Below, piece by piece: positions 23,828-24,000 of a stretch of DNA of 24,000 nucleotides; position 1 is the first letter of the stretch, and every line of letters begins with the position of its first letter. The position numbers and the translations under genes were made by a program. The stretch lies in contig JAEOTC010000086.1 of the NCBI GenBank assembly GCA_016840035.1, forward strand, positions 50,830 to 74,829, in the 5' to 3' direction. The notes under the pieces are model-generated. The model saw only the letters and a list, made by a program, of their open reading frames with translations, ran no database searches and was not told the origin of the DNA. Source of the stretch: Candidatus Hodarchaeota archaeon (GTDB lineage: Archaea; Asgardarchaeota; Heimdallarchaeia; Hodarchaeales; Hodarchaeaceae).

Positions 23828-24000
23828 AATGCCTAAAACAGATTGGAAATGATACCTTAGTAACAATCAAAGTAAAGACGCGTCAATCAGAGGAATTAAT
23901 TTTTCGAGAAGAGGAGGAAATCATCATCTTTGTTAAAGAACCACCAGTAAAAAATCGTGCGAATAAAAGAGTAGTAAATATGATGCGGAAGCAGTTTGGT
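23824..24000 (+). CDS. DUF167 / YggU-family protein (5' partial, runs off the window)
   Basis: Hand translation gives MKCLKQIGNDTLVTIKVKTRQSEELIFREEEEIIIFVKEPPVKNRANKRVVNMMRKQFG. The EPPVKNRANKRVV segment resembles the APPVDGKAN motif of DUF167. Its ATG overlaps the upstream stop (ATGA). Confidence 0.6.
   Translation, partial: MKCLKQIGNDTLVTIKVKTRQSEELIFREEEEIIIFVKEPPVKNRANKRVVNMMRKQFG

Noticed and set aside
1-24000. CRISPR arrays, IS elements and rRNA genes
   Set aside because: I saw no regularly spaced direct repeats, no terminal inverted repeats flanking a transposase-like ORF, and no rRNA-like sequence anywhere in the window.

Overview
This is an AT-rich archaeal chromosomal window; hand counts on single 60-nt lines give about 33-45% GC in conserved genes. 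Lineage cannot be fixed from the sequence alone. Recognisable genes are uS8 and uL6, MBF1, the proteasome-activating nucleotidase PAN, and RNA polymerase subunits Rpo11/L and Rpo12/P. Rpo12 is a 48-codon gene missing from the ORF track. Also present are a Dcm-family C5 methyltransferase, a SPOUT-like protein, an RNase III-fold-like protein, and a CobA-type corrinoid adenosyltransferase coupled to a split methylmalonyl-CoA mutase. The remaining recognisable genes are aSUI1, a DUF211 protein, a type-2 methionine aminopeptidase and the 5' part of a DUF167/YggU-like gene. All four tRNA genes (Asn-GUU, CAU, Ser-GCU, His-GUG) are interrupted. I count six introns, five of them at non-canonical positions, and tRNA-Asn alone carries three. 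Between the conserved blocks lie large ORFs I cannot assign to any family. The best leads are: (1) an AT-richer 819-aa orphan bracketed by tRNA-Ser and tRNA-His; (2) a SatD-like cyclase-fold/HTH protein paired with a small membrane protein, behind an array of ATTGACTT repeats; (3) a double zinc-ribbon coiled-coil protein with a Pro7 run and a WH2/beta-thymosin-like motif, downstream of a winged-helix gene; (4) a 660-aa protein with three tandem copies of a barrel-like plus helical module, start/stop-overlapped with DUF167; (5) a 619-aa protein with an HExxH motif. No CRISPR array, IS element or recognisable integrase/transposase was seen. All family assignments come from motif recognition by eye and need HMM or structure confirmation.
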